From NCBI GenBank assembly GCA_049792755.1, contig JBARBF010000079.1, forward strand, positions 5,218 through 69,217: DNA of 64,000 nt, read 5' to 3'. This document shows, piece after piece, positions 63,556-64,000 of the stretch (its first letter is position 1; the number at the start of each line of letters is the position of its first letter). The stretch comes from Bacteroidales bacterium. Its GTDB lineage: Bacteria; Bacteroidota; Bacteroidia; Bacteroidales; VadinHA17. The notes below the pieces were generated by a model. That model saw nothing but the letters and a program-made list of their open reading frames with translations, did not search any database and was not told where the DNA came from. The translations under genes and the position numbers were made by a program.

Positions 63556-64000
63556 ATATCTTATTTAGAGCCTTTGAGATTGTATCTTCAAGTTCGGAGT
63601 AAGTCTCAAACCCTACAGATAGCCTTATCATTCCAGGTTCGGGATATTTAGTGCCCCAGATAGCTTCAACCGGCATAAGTATAGTATGTGAGTCTCCAAG
63701 TGTTGGTATAAGTTTAATTTTCCCCGATACCAGTTCAATAAATTTGTCCCGCCTGCTTCTTTTTTCATTTTTATCCTTCCCGTCAAAATCAAAAGTAATC
63801 ATGGCACCAAATCCTTTGCTTCCGAATAATTTTTCAGCTATCGTATGTGTCGGATGATTTTTCAATCCTGGAAACCAGACATTTTTAATAATTTGTTGTC
63901 CATTAAGATATCCTGCAAGTTTAGATGCATTGCTGCATTGCCGCTGGAACCTCAACTCAAATGATTGTAACTGAGTCTGCAATCTGTAGGCGTCATCAGG
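63554..64000 (-). CDS. Cys/Met-metabolism PLP-dependent enzyme (trans-sulfuration family), C-terminal part; runs off the right edge
   Basis: C-terminus ...LIPTLGDSHTILMPVEAIWG...IRLSVGFETYSELEDTISKAL. The frame stays open to 64000 (upstream residues PDDAYR...), so the track start at 63982 is not the real start. Confidence 0.8.
   Translation of the reverse strand, partial: PDDAYRLQTQLQSFELRFQRQCSNASKLAGYLNGQQIIKNVWFPGLKNHPTHTIAEKLFGSKGFGAMITFDFDGKDKNEKRSRRDKFIELVSGKIKLIPTLGDSHTILMPVEAIWGTKYPEPGMIRLSVGFETYSELEDTISKALNKI

Noticed and set aside
1-64000. Mobile genetic element, prophage or defence island
   Set aside because: I recognised no integrase, transposase, phage structural gene, restriction-modification gene, toxin-antitoxin gene or cas gene in any frame. 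The short repeats are therefore treated as non-autonomous.

Overview
This 64-kb window looks chromosomal and comes from a low-GC, apparently anaerobic member of Bacteroidota. That placement is inferred from gene content: a glycyl-radical enzyme, radical-SAM enzymes, many Fe-S proteins, ECF sigma pairs, FtsX/MacB permeases and GH31/GH78. All family calls rest on motifs I recognised in the supplied translations and on my own reading of the DNA. No searches were run.

I count about 55 protein genes. I saw no rRNA, tRNA, CRISPR array, transposase, integrase or phage genes.

Ordinary blocks:
- sucD 5' end (hand-translated), mnmE, a GH31 hydrolase, an NADP oxidoreductase and a dienelactone hydrolase.
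- Two ECF sigma modules.
- An orphan glycyl-radical enzyme with its activase, and asnB.
- A TetR + HlyD/MFS/TolC efflux operon.
- An L-rhamnose locus (rhaT-rhaM-rhaA-kinase, divergent from a GH78 rhamnosidase).
- arfB, ung and a CYTH protein.

The standout is a ~22-kb island (21,983-44,167). It holds seven PQQ-like beta-propeller paralogues: three membrane-anchored, three secreted and one truncated. These are interleaved with a complete-looking Fe-S electron-transfer chain:
- a Tat-signal NapG-like polyferredoxin;
- a NapH/NosR-like CX3CP membrane polyferredoxin;
- a NuoE-NuoF fusion flavoprotein;
- a NuoG-N-terminal-like Fe-S protein;
- a second CX3CP membrane protein carrying a CuA/COX2-like cupredoxin domain;
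- a glycosyltransferase and a MacB-type ABC exporter.

No recognisable terminal catalytic enzyme is present. I propose this island as a candidate undescribed periplasm-directed redox system.

A second candidate is a KamA-like lysine 2,3-aminomutase followed by two Ddl-like ATP-grasp ligases (59,014-62,088), sitting behind an unusually long leader.

The non-coding DNA is also unusual. It contains three families of short intergenic repeats:
- a GC-rich CCCCTTGGGG/ATTTAGGGGG element, often in inverted pairs;
- ~105-bp elements with TAACCACAAAG terminal inverted repeats;
- hexamer/heptamer microsatellite hairpins, including a 161-bp intergenic region made entirely of three hexamer arrays.
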